Shown one piece after another: positions 17,688-27,012 of a DNA stretch of 42,348 bases (positions within the stretch are counted from its first letter, which is position 1; each line of letters opens with the position of its first letter). The notes below the pieces were generated by a model. The model searched no databases and was not told where the DNA came from. It saw nothing but the letters and a program-made list of their open reading frames with translations. The stretch is from a virus (Duplodnaviria; Caudoviricetes), in IMG/VR virus record IMGVR_UViG_3300032218_001918, positions 1 through 42,348 of that record; one strand, written 5' to 3'. A program made the translations under genes and the position numbers.

Positions 17688-19672
17688 TACTTAGCTTCTC
17701 CGTATCGTTTGTTACATCCTGTTTCAGCATCCAATGGTATGCCGGGCATGTACGAAGGGTCTTTAATCATCTGCTCCAAAACCCATTGCTCAGCTTCTTT
17801 GGCTTCGTCTTCGGGTACTAGGCACACAACCTCATCGTGCACAGTCAATACGCAGGAATACCTCTTTTGTATCCTGAGCATGCCATCCGTCATCACACAT
17901 CTTGCTACCGCTTGTACTACGTTTTCTACTATCTTACCGCCATACAGCTTGCGCCTTGACTTCTCATCGACGCCATAAACCCACTGAATACGCCCTTTGT
18001 TATCGGCTTCTCCAGTTAAATCAGGGTACTTTAAAGCAAGACCACTAGGTAACAGTATACGCTCTTTGTCAAAAGTTAGGCATTTATATACATAGGGTTT
18101 ACCCTGATGTAGACTGTTACTCACCAACGAGTTGCACAGATCCCATAATTCAACCACAGGGCTGGCGGCTTCTCGGTACTTGTCGATGATTTTCTTGGCG
18201 GCAAGACAATGTATCAGCAACTCTTTCTCCGAACAGGTATGCGGTATAGCACGCATCATTTCCATGTTCTTTTCCCAACCAATGAAGTCGTTCACATCTT
18301 GTGCACTTACCCCCAACTGCTTGGCAAACGCTTTGTCATACATGGTAGGTGGCGCACCTAGAAAACCAGTAAGTAGTTGTGCAGAAAAGCTAGCCCAACC
18401 CATGCCATAGCCACAACCCAGTAGTGCTGACTTAGCTGACTGTCGTAGGTCAGGGTGGTCGTTCTTATTCAGATTCGGTATGCCGAACATTTGCGCACCA
18501 AACGCCGCATATGCGTCCTTGCCCGAAGAGAAGATGTCAAGTAGGGATTGGTAATCCGCAAGGTATGCCAAGACTCTAGGTTCAATCTGCGAGAGATCGC
18601 ATACGACAAGCGTGTAGCCTTCCGGCGCTTGAATACTTTTACGTAAGAAAGACCCCCTTTTGAGGTTTTGAAGATTAAGCCCCGAACCTTTGGACGCCGA
18701 CCAACGACCGGTGTGTGCGCCGTAGTAGTTAAGCGGGACAGGAAGCGTGCCTCTTTCCGATATATCAACGAATCTCTGTGCTCGTGTTCGTTCGAGCGTT
18801 GATTTGACTTTGAGCCTTGCTTCGCAGAGTAAGGCAACATCCTCGTTATCGCTGTTAAGTAACGCTTGGAAGAGTGCGTCGTTTTTAGCAAACGCAAAAG
18901 CTTCTTTACCAGTCGTCTTGCTGATCTTCTTCGGAGGCACGACTCCAATTTCAATAAGTACTCTAGCAAACTGATCGTTACTAGCAAGCGCCGACTCGTC
19001 AACGTTAATTTTTGCAAGTAACGCTTCACGTTTGTTCTTTTCATCTTCAATCGCTTCACGTAACATCTCCTCGTCTAGTTCTAATACAGGGTTGGTGAAC
19101 ATGCGTAGCGTCATGTCGATTAGCTTAAGTTCTTTCAGAGGAAAGCCGTTGTCAACTTCCATCATCAAGCGCTCAAATATCTTCTCGCATAAGAACACGT
19201 CATGCTTACAGTACTCAGCAAGCTCTTGCTCTACCTCGTATGCCAACTCGCTCATGCCGTTGGTGCTGTGAACTGCGTTGCCCTTTGGCGGTAGCTCATA
19301 CACCTCGGCTAGTTTCATTAGGCTGTTGCCTACTTCCACACCCCTAAGAGCACGAGCCATAGATAGAGAGTCAAAAATAAAGCAAGGCTTCGCCCCATAA
19401 ACCCAGCTAAGGATAGCAATATCAAACTGAGCATTATGCGCAAGCACCGCCGTCCGACTCCAATCAACTGAGTCAACCCAGTCTTGTATGTCATCGTGTG
19501 ATACCCATGTGATGTCCTCCTCAACGTCTAGCGTTTTATAACACAGACCAAAGGCTTTGAATCGTGGGTCACGAATGTACTGCTCAGTCGTCATCTTACT
19601 AAGCGTGTACTCTTTGCTATCCCAACGTGTTTCAAAATCAATGACAAGTATCTTGTCGAATGGTGCACTCAT
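17687..19672 (-). CDS. polA: Family A DNA polymerase with 3'-5' exonuclease domain
   Basis: ExoI DFET, HNAQFD, TGRWS, motif A DLSQIEPR, motif B KSALLGCGYG, motif C VHDE. Confidence 0.95.
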   Translation of the reverse strand: MSAPFDKILVIDFETRWDSKEYTLSKMTTEQYIRDPRFKAFGLCYKTLDVEEDITWVSHDDIQDWVDSVDWSRTAVLAHNAQFDIAILSWVYGAKPCFIFDSLSMARALRGVEVGNSLMKLAEVYELPPKGNAVHSTNGMSELAYEVEQELAEYCKHDVFLCEKIFERLMMEVDNGFPLKELKLIDMTLRMFTNPVLELDEEMLREAIEDEKNKREALLAKINVDESALASNDQFARVLIEIGVVPPKKISKTTGKEAFAFAKNDALFQALLNSDNEDVALLCEARLKVKSTLERTRAQRFVDISERGTLPVPLNYYGAHTGRWSASKGSGLNLQNLKRGSFLRKSIQAPEGYTLVVCDLSQIEPRVLAYLADYQSLLDIFSSGKDAYAAFGAQMFGIPNLNKNDHPDLRQSAKSALLGCGYGMGWASFSAQLLTGFLGAPPTMYDKAFAKQLGVSAQDVNDFIGWEKNMEMMRAIPHTCSEKELLIHCLAAKKIIDKYREAASPVVELWDLCNSLVSNSLHQGKPYVYKCLTFDKERILLPSGLALKYPDLTGEADNKGRIQWVYGVDEKSRRKLYGGKIVENVVQAVARCVMTDGMLRIQKRYSCVLTVHDEVVCLVPEDEAKEAEQWVLEQMIKDPSYMPGIPLDAETGCNKRYGEAK

Positions 19673-20409
19673 GATCTTGTCAACTGCCCACTAAAACAAT
19701 ACGCACCATGATGTTCTAGTTGTACCCAAGGCGCCGCCCATATGGTTAAGCCTGCCTTGCGTGCGATCTTGCAAAAGTGATAGTCCTCAGATAACAAGCG
19801 ACCGCCTGACTCTTCGTCAATACTTGTTGCAAAGAACTCTTTGATAACCTTGGGCTTTTGCTCATCAACTGCACGCCACATGTCATTCTTATACTCAGGC
19901 ACTAGCGGTGCTAGGGTTTCGAAGACGTTACGTTTAATAAGCATGAACCCAGTACCGCCGTTCTCAATCTGCATCGGTTCATATAGATTGCCTTCTTGGT
20001 GTAGCGCACCGCCTACTAAGTTAACAACGAAGCTACCAGTATGCAGATGTAGCTCTTGCATAGGCACGCCATCCTTAACGGCTTGTTCTACCTTGGGCCA
20101 ATTAATTTCTTTCTTGGGGTAGATACCACAGATGATGTCCTTGTCAGCATCAATCATAGGTACGATGTGCGATGGGTGAAAGCCGATGTCTGCATCAATG
20201 AACATCAAGTGTGTGCAATCAGTATCCAAGAAGTCGTATGTTAAAGCGTTACGTCCTCGTGTGATAAGTGACTCGTTGGTCATATACCCGTAACGGAAAG
20301 CTATGTTCTCAGGGCTTAGCGTGCTAGCCATCTGCACCATACCTACTGTGTATGCGCCGTTACATACACCACCATACATTGGTGTTGCTACGAATAAGTT
20401 AGCTTTCAT
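19669..20409 (-). CDS. GT-A fold glycosyltransferase
   Basis: FVATPMY, ESLITRGRN, FIDAD (DxD), GTGFMLIKR, SEDYHFC. Confidence 0.8.
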   Translation of the reverse strand: MKANLFVATPMYGGVCNGAYTVGMVQMASTLSPENIAFRYGYMTNESLITRGRNALTYDFLDTDCTHLMFIDADIGFHPSHIVPMIDADKDIICGIYPKKEINWPKVEQAVKDGVPMQELHLHTGSFVVNLVGGALHQEGNLYEPMQIENGGTGFMLIKRNVFETLAPLVPEYKNDMWRAVDEQKPKVIKEFFATSIDEESGGRLLSEDYHFCKIARKAGLTIWAAPWVQLEHHGAYCFSGQLTRS

Positions 20410-20588
20410 TTACCACTCCCGATAGTGCCCGGTGTCCATAGGCTTGGGATACTGCGGTGCTCAAGTAAGCGCTCAACGAATGGGTGTGGTGTTGGTACAT
20501 AAGGTTTGAGGGGTGTGCCTGTGCGTGATTGTGCAACGGCGAACTCATTTGGTTTTGGTTTGTATGTTTCAAAGTTTGCTGATTTCAT
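20406..20588 (-). CDS. Hypothetical protein
   Basis: 60 aa with ATGA overlaps. Confidence 0.6.
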   Translation of the reverse strand: MKSANFETYKPKPNEFAVAQSRTGTPLKPYVPTPHPFVERLLEHRSIPSLWTPGTIGSGK

Positions 20589-20824
20589 TGGATAGTCCTG
20601 TTCTTGATTAGATTGGAAATAGTTTCACTTACATTTGCGGCGGCTTCGATGAGTAGCATTGGCAGTTCGCTCTCATCCATATTCAATCCGTAAACCTTGA
20701 CGGTTTCTTTCTCGTTATTGACTATGATTACTGCGGCTGAATGAACAGCCTTATCTACTGTGCATAGGTTGAGTTGCTGTTGCACCTCGTCATATGCTTG
20801 CTCTTTGGTCTTATCTTTAATCAT
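20585..20824 (-). CDS. Hypothetical protein
   Basis: 79 aa with ATGA overlaps. Confidence 0.65.
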   Translation of the reverse strand: MIKDKTKEQAYDEVQQQLNLCTVDKAVHSAAVIIVNNEKETVKVYGLNMDESELPMLLIEAAANVSETISNLIKNRTIQ

Positions 20825-21123
20825 GGCATTAGCCCTTTGTCTATGATGTCGAATACTTCTTGTACGTCATCGATGTTGTCTTCGTTTACCACTCTGACAA
20901 ATCCCTGCGCTTGCCTGATCTTATCCATCTCTGCCTCTTGTAAAGGCGTGGGTTTGTTATTGCCAGCTTTACACTCGATAGCAACGAACACAGCCCGATA
21001 ACAACACACAACATCAGGAACCCCACTACGCCCATAGCCACCAGTAGCAGGGAAAAAGTAATAAGCACCGTTCTTTTTAATAACATCGACAACTTTCTTT
21101 TTAACTTTGGCTTCGGGTGTCAA
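20821..21123 (-). CDS. VRR-NUC domain nuclease (Holliday junction resolvase-like)
   Basis: TPEAKVK, GVPD, FVAIECKA and PTPLQ motifs; TTG start with AAGGAGG RBS. Confidence 0.85.
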   Translation of the reverse strand: MTPEAKVKKKVVDVIKKNGAYYFFPATGGYGRSGVPDVVCCYRAVFVAIECKAGNNKPTPLQEAEMDKIRQAQGFVRVVNEDNIDDVQEVFDIIDKGLMP

Positions 21124-21320
21124 GCATCCTCCTTACCATAGCGCCTACGTACCTCATCAATACGTTGTAGGCAGACTACGATTTCATGAAGTTGTTGATC
21201 GACAATCTTCTGATCGTTAACTTTATGCGCTTTGAGTGCAATGATTACCTCAGCTTCAAGGTTACATAGTGCGGCGTTCTCACGCATCATCAATAGAATT
21301 TCACTTTCCGACATAGCCAT
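21120..21320 (-). CDS. Hypothetical protein
   Basis: 66 aa, coupled to neighbours. Confidence 0.6.
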   Translation of the reverse strand: MAMSESEILLMMRENAALCNLEAEVIIALKAHKVNDQKIVDQQLHEIVVCLQRIDEVRRRYGKEDA

Positions 21321-21600
21321 GCTTGATCTCCTGTAAAAAGTTTATGCCTTTCTCTGTTAGTGTTAGCTCGTTGGCACGTCTGTCAGGCTTAGCGACTTTC
21401 TCTTGTACCAACTTCTTGGCAACAACTCTCTTAAGATACTTGTGCGTGGTTGCCTGTGACATAACACTTTCTGCCTCAGCTATCTTAAACACACCACTTG
21501 TGCTTAGTGGTGCTTCTTTACCCACCATGCCCACGATGTACTCGTCTTGCCACACCAGTTTGTGGCGCTTTCGTATTGCTTGCGTTGTATATGCGTTCAT
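21301..21600 (-). CDS. MarR-like winged-helix protein
   Basis: MSQATTHKYLKRVVAKKLV...PDRRANELTLTEKG. Confidence 0.75.
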   Translation of the reverse strand: MNAYTTQAIRKRHKLVWQDEYIVGMVGKEAPLSTSGVFKIAEAESVMSQATTHKYLKRVVAKKLVQEKVAKPDRRANELTLTEKGINFLQEIKHGYVGK

Positions 21601-21609
21601 ATAACCCCC

Positions 21610-22482
21610 TTAAAAACTAAACTTAGATAAGATGTCATCGACCTGAGTCTTGACATCGTTGCGTGCTCCCACATCCTTGCGTAAGTCCTTCACATCGATA
21701 CCGCCGATGGCTTTCTTTAGCGCTTTGCGTGCATCATCTAGCTGTGGGTCGTTGATTATATTCAAACTGCTAGCCAAGTCACACAAGTCATGCGCACCAT
21801 CGAGCAATGAGTCGTGGAACTTACGAGGCTTAGCCTCACCACTAACATAGTCAATAGCCAAGCGGTCGGACATACGCTTCAGGTGCTCGAGTAATCTACC
21901 CTTGATGTCCTTCATTGCGTAGTCAACACGCTCATCTGCTAGGCTCGACAACTTCTTGCGCAGTTCTTCTTGTGCATCATTACCAATGTCTACCCTAAAG
22001 TCACCCGATGCAGGCACAGGCATGTAGTTCACGTTGAAGCGGAACCGATGCTCGATGTCACTAGGGTGTGGGTAGTCGGTGCGGTTGAACATATCACCGA
22101 GAGCCATAGCCTGCGCTGTGATCAGCGATGGATACACAGTAACGAACTCAGTAACTAACCCATAGAACTTATCCTCTGCCTGTTGTAACTTAGCATTAAA
22201 GTCCATGAACTTAGCGCTTGGCAATAGACGTATACCCGAGTCACTCCAAGGCAACGTGTTGTCATACACAAAGCTACGTGTTTCTGTAACGTGCTGACCT
22301 ACTACATCTAACTCACTACGTCCTGCAAACAAGTGCTTGTTAACACGAGCCGCACCCTTCGCTTGTGCGTTCTTGTTAGTGACCAACTCGTCAGTAGTCG
22401 AGCGGTCTAGCTTGCGTGCAGTCCATTGTGATACGTTGAGTTCTACTAATAAAGCACATGTGTCAATGTTATATCGTGCCAT
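21610..22482 (-). CDS. Conserved phage protein, DUF3150-like (often found near MoxR/vWA pairs)
   Basis: 290 aa helical protein with TLPWSDSGIRLLP and MFNRTDYP motifs; family assignment from memory. Confidence 0.55.
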   Translation of the reverse strand: MARYNIDTCALLVELNVSQWTARKLDRSTTDELVTNKNAQAKGAARVNKHLFAGRSELDVVGQHVTETRSFVYDNTLPWSDSGIRLLPSAKFMDFNAKLQQAEDKFYGLVTEFVTVYPSLITAQAMALGDMFNRTDYPHPSDIEHRFRFNVNYMPVPASGDFRVDIGNDAQEELRKKLSSLADERVDYAMKDIKGRLLEHLKRMSDRLAIDYVSGEAKPRKFHDSLLDGAHDLCDLASSLNIINDPQLDDARKALKKAIGGIDVKDLRKDVGARNDVKTQVDDILSKFSF

Positions 22483-22491
22483 ACATCCTCC

Positions 22492-22707
22492 TTATTTTAA
22501 AAATGGTACGTAGGGTTTCTCGTTTCTAGCTATGCTGTACTCGATCTGTGTTCGGGCTGAGTTAATCATTTTCCCAGCTACATTAGCCAGTACTTCTGCT
22601 TCATCCAATTCCGTTTTACCATTGCGTAGCGATACGAATACTTCGGCTAGATTGTTGCGCAAGTCTGTGATTGTTTTAACTTGCTTAATCGTTTTAGCTC
22701 TTGGCAT
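22492..22707 (-). CDS. Hypothetical protein
   Basis: 71 aa with AAGGAG RBS. Confidence 0.65.
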   Translation of the reverse strand: MPRAKTIKQVKTITDLRNNLAEVFVSLRNGKTELDEAEVLANVAGKMINSARTQIEYSIARNEKPYVPFLK

Positions 22708-23164
22708 TTTTAATACTCCTTATCAGTTTGATATGCTCTCGTTTTGCTTCTACTAAATACTGCGGTATATCTGCCCTTCCAATGGTTGAGTATTGAGAGA
22801 GCGTTTTGCGTATGTAGCTATCACCTAACTCCTTTCTTGACATGTGTTCGTGCTTTCTTGATAGCTCTCTTGTTGCTTCTCGGTTAGCTTGCGCCCACTC
22901 TTTAGCTTTAGCTAACCTACGCTCTTTGTTTTTTTGATACCACTCCTTAGATTGAGCATTGCTCTTTTCCTTATTGCTAATGTAATAGTCGTGCCTATAC
23001 GTTGGGTTAGCTTCTCTCTTTGCTTTGTTCTTAGCGTACAAACACTCTTTACATCTAGCGGAATAACCATTTTTATAATGGCTGTCCCGACCAAAAAGTG
23101 TTACGTCTTTTACCTTCTTGCATTTAGAACATGCTTTCTCGCCAGTAGCAGGACTTACTCGCAT
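22694..23164 (-). CDS. Zinc-finger basic protein resembling the N-terminus of phage HNH endonucleases
   Basis: CSKC...CKEC and Lys/Arg-rich repeats; no HNH catalytic motif seen. Confidence 0.65.
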   Translation of the reverse strand: MRVSPATGEKACSKCKKVKDVTLFGRDSHYKNGYSARCKECLYAKNKAKREANPTYRHDYYISNKEKSNAQSKEWYQKNKERRLAKAKEWAQANREATRELSRKHEHMSRKELGDSYIRKTLSQYSTIGRADIPQYLVEAKREHIKLIRSIKNAKS

Positions 23165-23173
23165 ACATCCCCC

Positions 23174-23572
23174 TTAGTTGATACCTAGTTTAGAAAACAA
23201 ATCATCGAGGTCGTCCATCTTCTCGGTGCGTGTGATAAGCACAAAGCGTTTGTCCTCTGATAGCCCTACCTTATGCGAGTTCTTACCCCATAACACAGTA
23301 GCCGTTGATGATGCTGACCCATACACAGTATGTGCATCGTATGGTGATACAGGAATACGAGCGGTGTCGTTCACCTTGATGTGGTCAAGGTAAGGCTTGA
23401 TGTGCTTACGGATAACACCATACGGATACTTAGCAGGCGCACGTTTCTTCTTGGTAATAACTTCCAAGTCGCCATGCTTCTTACTATCGCTGTCTACGAT
23501 AGCGTACTTGGCACCGATTGCGTTGAGTAATTTGATTGCGTTTGTTAATGCTTTTTCATGAATTGTATTCAT
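23174..23572 (-). CDS. Hypothetical protein
   Basis: True start likely MNTIHEK with AAGGAG RBS. Confidence 0.7.
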   Translation of the reverse strand: MNTIHEKALTNAIKLLNAIGAKYAIVDSDSKKHGDLEVITKKKRAPAKYPYGVIRKHIKPYLDHIKVNDTARIPVSPYDAHTVYGSASSTATVLWGKNSHKVGLSEDKRFVLITRTEKMDDLDDLFSKLGIN

Positions 23573-23585
23573 GGTGTAATGCTCC

Positions 23586-24791
23586 TTAGTTTGAGTAGAT
23601 ACGAACTGCTTTGCCTTGTGGTGGTACGAAATGATCATTGTCAACAACACCCCATAACGCAGGCACGTCAACAACGGCATCACTACCATCGAGATACCCA
23701 TCGGTTAACCACACAACACCTTTGGGCTGATACTTTTTACTGCGGATATATTCAACAACACATTGTGGTGATGTACCACCACCGCCTGCAGGCTTAAGCA
23801 AGCTAGCGATACGATCGAACTCATGAGGTTTGAATACCTGATCACCACACACCTCGCTGTCCCACCACACAACACGTACGCTGTCAGGGTTGACGTTCTG
23901 TGCAATGCGGGCGATCTCACCGAATACTGTTGGGTAGATGCCTGCCATAGAGCCTGACGTATCACACGCAACGATGAGCTCACCAGTAGCCTCGGAGAAG
24001 TGAGACGGCATGACAACACCGAGAGGTAGCAAGCGTTTGTTGGGTGGTGCAAAGCGAGAGTACTCATCACCCTCACATAGCGCAACAATCCACTCACGCA
24101 TATGCTCACGCCAATTAGTGTCACGCTTCTGTGTAGCACGATCGAGTGGGCTGTTGCGTGAACCCTTACCAGCTAGCTTGTCGGACAGTATCTTGCCTTG
24201 ACGGATAGCGTCATCGATCTGTCGACCTAGCTCGTTGGCTTCCTTGCTACCTAGCTCTGCCGTACCGAAGATGTGCTTGTCCATAGCACCGCCGTTGCCA
24301 TCGCCTTGACCGAGTGGGTTATCGGGTGGGGGTGGTGGAGGATTGCGCAACAAGTCTTGCAACACCTCGATGAATGAGAAGCCCTTGTACTTGTCGTCAA
24401 CCAATGGCGCAGGGTCTACTATGCGCTCGACAAACGTGAAGTTGGGGTCGATCTCCTCGATGGTTGCATTGACTACGTAGTCCATAGCCATGTTGCATAG
24501 CTGTGGATACTTCTTGGATAGCTCTACATAGTTAGTGCAGTGCATCAGCGCTTTATGCAACGACTCGTGTGCAACGAGATAGCGCAACTGCTTGCGGTTA
24601 AGACCACCGACAAACGCAGGGTCATACCATACATCACGACCATCTGTGCCTGCTGTGCCGATGTCCTCGAACTTGACGTCACCTACATAGACAACACCTG
24701 ATAGACCGGCAAAGTCTTTGTTGTTGCTGAAGTCAACGTGTACTGCAATCACCCGATCGGGTGCTGATAACTTATCCCATGTCTTAGACAT
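23586..24791 (-). CDS. DUF2201-type metallopeptidase-vWA protein
   Basis: TAGTDG, AHESLH (HExxH), N.AMD..VN, MIDAS DTSGS, GGGGT, LTDG. Confidence 0.85.
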   Translation of the reverse strand: MSKTWDKLSAPDRVIAVHVDFSNNKDFAGLSGVVYVGDVKFEDIGTAGTDGRDVWYDPAFVGGLNRKQLRYLVAHESLHKALMHCTNYVELSKKYPQLCNMAMDYVVNATIEEIDPNFTFVERIVDPAPLVDDKYKGFSFIEVLQDLLRNPPPPPPDNPLGQGDGNGGAMDKHIFGTAELGSKEANELGRQIDDAIRQGKILSDKLAGKGSRNSPLDRATQKRDTNWREHMREWIVALCEGDEYSRFAPPNKRLLPLGVVMPSHFSEATGELIVACDTSGSMAGIYPTVFGEIARIAQNVNPDSVRVVWWDSEVCGDQVFKPHEFDRIASLLKPAGGGGTSPQCVVEYIRSKKYQPKGVVWLTDGYLDGSDAVVDVPALWGVVDNDHFVPPQGKAVRIYSN

Positions 24792-24800
24792 ACATCCTCC

Positions 24801-25916
24801 TTACTTGGTTGAGAAATAAATCTTGTTGTCGTTCATCAATGCTTGGAACGGCTTGACTGTAACGAACAGCGCCGCACGAGTTGAGTTGGCAATGTTGTTA
24901 GCGAACATAGACTGCAACTCACGACGGTTACGCATGACATACTCGGTGCATGCCTCGGCTTCTTCTCTAGTGGAAGTTTGCGTGACACACTTGAGCACAG
25001 TAATGATCTGTGCTACTGGATTGCTAGGGATAGGGCAAGTGCTTGGGGACGATACGATTTTAGAGAAGGGTGGTGTTTCATCGCCGAAGCGAATGAATGC
25101 ACCCAATACCTCAGCACCAGCACGACCGATCGTACCCTCGAGTAGACCCTGCAACGTATCGGTGTCAAGGAACTCACGCTCTTTGACAATGTCTGACGCA
25201 GAGTGCAACGAACGAGGTGTGATGTAAGCCTGCTGAGATAACAACGGATTGAAGATAACGTCATTCTCCTTAGACTGATCACGACCCGCATACTTACCGC
25301 CATCTTGGAAGTCAAGGAAGCTATCGAACCATTGTGGATTCTCGTTGGTACATGCCAAAAGAATAGGGTCGATGCCGTTGTCGACACCCCATGTATACCA
25401 CTCGGGTTGAGTAGGCTTGCGCATGGTAAGGAACACAAGACGATTGCGTAGGTGAGCTTGTATGCTATCGCCTAGACCCTCGACCGCAAGGTTAGTACCA
25501 GCGAACACGACTGAACCCTCAGCCATCTCGTAGTTACCAACAGCACGCTCGTACACGATAGGTGCAAGCACGTCCTTGATGTATTGCTTAGCTTTGGCTA
25601 ACTCGTCAAGGAATACAAGCGATGGTCGTGCGCCGTTGATACCCTTCTGATTAGCTTTGCTAACACCGAAGCGCTCGTTAGGTAACTCACGAGATACGCC
25701 TGCATCACGATCGATGTCAGGCATCCACACAGAACCATCAGACATCTGCGTACAGTCGAGCTTGACTGCAACGTGATTGGCAAAGTGTGGGTCACGCTCG
25801 AGGGTGTGATAGATACCAGTCTTGCCGATACCATTCTCACCTTGAACAATGATGGTGCGCTTGTGACCAATCATCTTGATTGCGTTTGCTACTTGTAGTG
25901 AATTAAGTAATTTCAT
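24801..25916 (-). CDS. MoxR-like AAA+ ATPase
   Basis: GENGIGKT, VFLDE, LRNR and TPRS motifs; adjacent to the vWA gene. Confidence 0.85.
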   Translation of the reverse strand: MKLLNSLQVANAIKMIGHKRTIIVQGENGIGKTGIYHTLERDPHFANHVAVKLDCTQMSDGSVWMPDIDRDAGVSRELPNERFGVSKANQKGINGARPSLVFLDELAKAKQYIKDVLAPIVYERAVGNYEMAEGSVVFAGTNLAVEGLGDSIQAHLRNRLVFLTMRKPTQPEWYTWGVDNGIDPILLACTNENPQWFDSFLDFQDGGKYAGRDQSKENDVIFNPLLSQQAYITPRSLHSASDIVKEREFLDTDTLQGLLEGTIGRAGAEVLGAFIRFGDETPPFSKIVSSPSTCPIPSNPVAQIITVLKCVTQTSTREEAEACTEYVMRNRRELQSMFANNIANSTRAALFVTVKPFQALMNDNKIYFSTK

Positions 25917-25942
25917 GATTCTTATATCCTCGTTTGTGGTTT

Positions 25943-25971
25943 ATTGTACTACTGTTTTTTAGAAATGATAA
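25943..25971 (-). promoter_or_regulatory. Sigma70-type promoter for the MoxR operon
   Basis: TTATCA-17 bp-TACAAT on the minus strand. Confidence 0.6.
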
Positions 25972-25986
25972 CATACTATTTTCTAT

Positions 25987-26040
25987 AATCCATAGCTATC
26001 TATATCAATCCATATCAAGCTATATCAATCCATATCACTC
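25987..26040. repeat. Tandem 10/20-bp repeat
   Basis: tatatcaatc catatcaagc tatatcaatc catatcactc. Confidence 0.8.
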
Positions 26041-27012
26041 TCCTTTCTTATTGGCTCGGGTGTAATAAGTTCTCGGCAACGTCTTGCCAAACTGTGGCAG
26101 GGGTACCGACTCACTACCCTTGGATAGTCCAGCGAACGACATAAGCCTAGCAACCAGCGACTTCTTGAACTCGTCAGCGGTGATGCTAGCCACGATGTCA
26201 TCAGCTTTCTCTTGTGCATCATCGGCATCGGCGGGGTTGCGTGACCTAGCCCAATGGCTGATCTTGTGGAACAGATTGCCGTAGCTGTCAGCGTTGTATA
26301 CCTTCTTACTGGCTAGCATGTCGAAGCAATCTTGCGCCACCTCATCGAACGTCTGCATGAAGCTGATTGATTCGAGTGGTAGGGGTCGGTTGGTCAGAGC
26401 ATCACGCATGGTTGACTGAATCGAATAGCCTAAGCGTGACTCACCGAACGGCGCACCCATAGATGACTCTAGCTTGACGTTATCCTTGAGTGTGGGTAGC
26501 TTGAACATCTGAAGCGTGACGTAGGCATCGAGCTCCTCTTTGAGTGACTTGCGTGTTGCCTTGTCATCGTTGGTTGAGGCGAGGCGGTATATGTCAGCAT
26601 GCCATGACTTCTCCACAATGAGTTGGTCAGAACTATTGTAGGTAAGCAGAGCTGAGAAGTCCTTGCCCTGATCTCGGTAGTTGGGGTTAAGTGGCACACG
26701 AACCATGTCACCTAGCGTAGTTTCAACACCGATGCCGTTGTAATAGCCTGTGAACTTGTACTGCAAGTTGATGTCGTATGTACCATACAAGCCAATGACT
26801 GCTACCTCATACTCGCCTGCCTCGTTTGGTTCGTACACTCTGACGACATCTACGCCGTTGATCTTGTAGACATAACTGTGCGCATCTTTCTGCAACATCA
26901 GGTGTGCCTCGGATACTCTGCGCAAGGGTCGTTGATACTCGTTGTACTTCTTACTGCGTGGTGGCTTGTTGGTGGTAATGAACTGCTCGTGTGCTATTTG
27001 ATATGTGATCAT
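26035..27012 (-). CDS. Hypothetical early protein
   Basis: 325 aa with AAGGAG RBS. Confidence 0.8.
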   Translation of the reverse strand: MITYQIAHEQFITTNKPPRSKKYNEYQRPLRRVSEAHLMLQKDAHSYVYKINGVDVVRVYEPNEAGEYEVAVIGLYGTYDINLQYKFTGYYNGIGVETTLGDMVRVPLNPNYRDQGKDFSALLTYNSSDQLIVEKSWHADIYRLASTNDDKATRKSLKEELDAYVTLQMFKLPTLKDNVKLESSMGAPFGESRLGYSIQSTMRDALTNRPLPLESISFMQTFDEVAQDCFDMLASKKVYNADSYGNLFHKISHWARSRNPADADDAQEKADDIVASITADEFKKSLVARLMSFAGLSKGSESVPLPQFGKTLPRTYYTRANKKGE

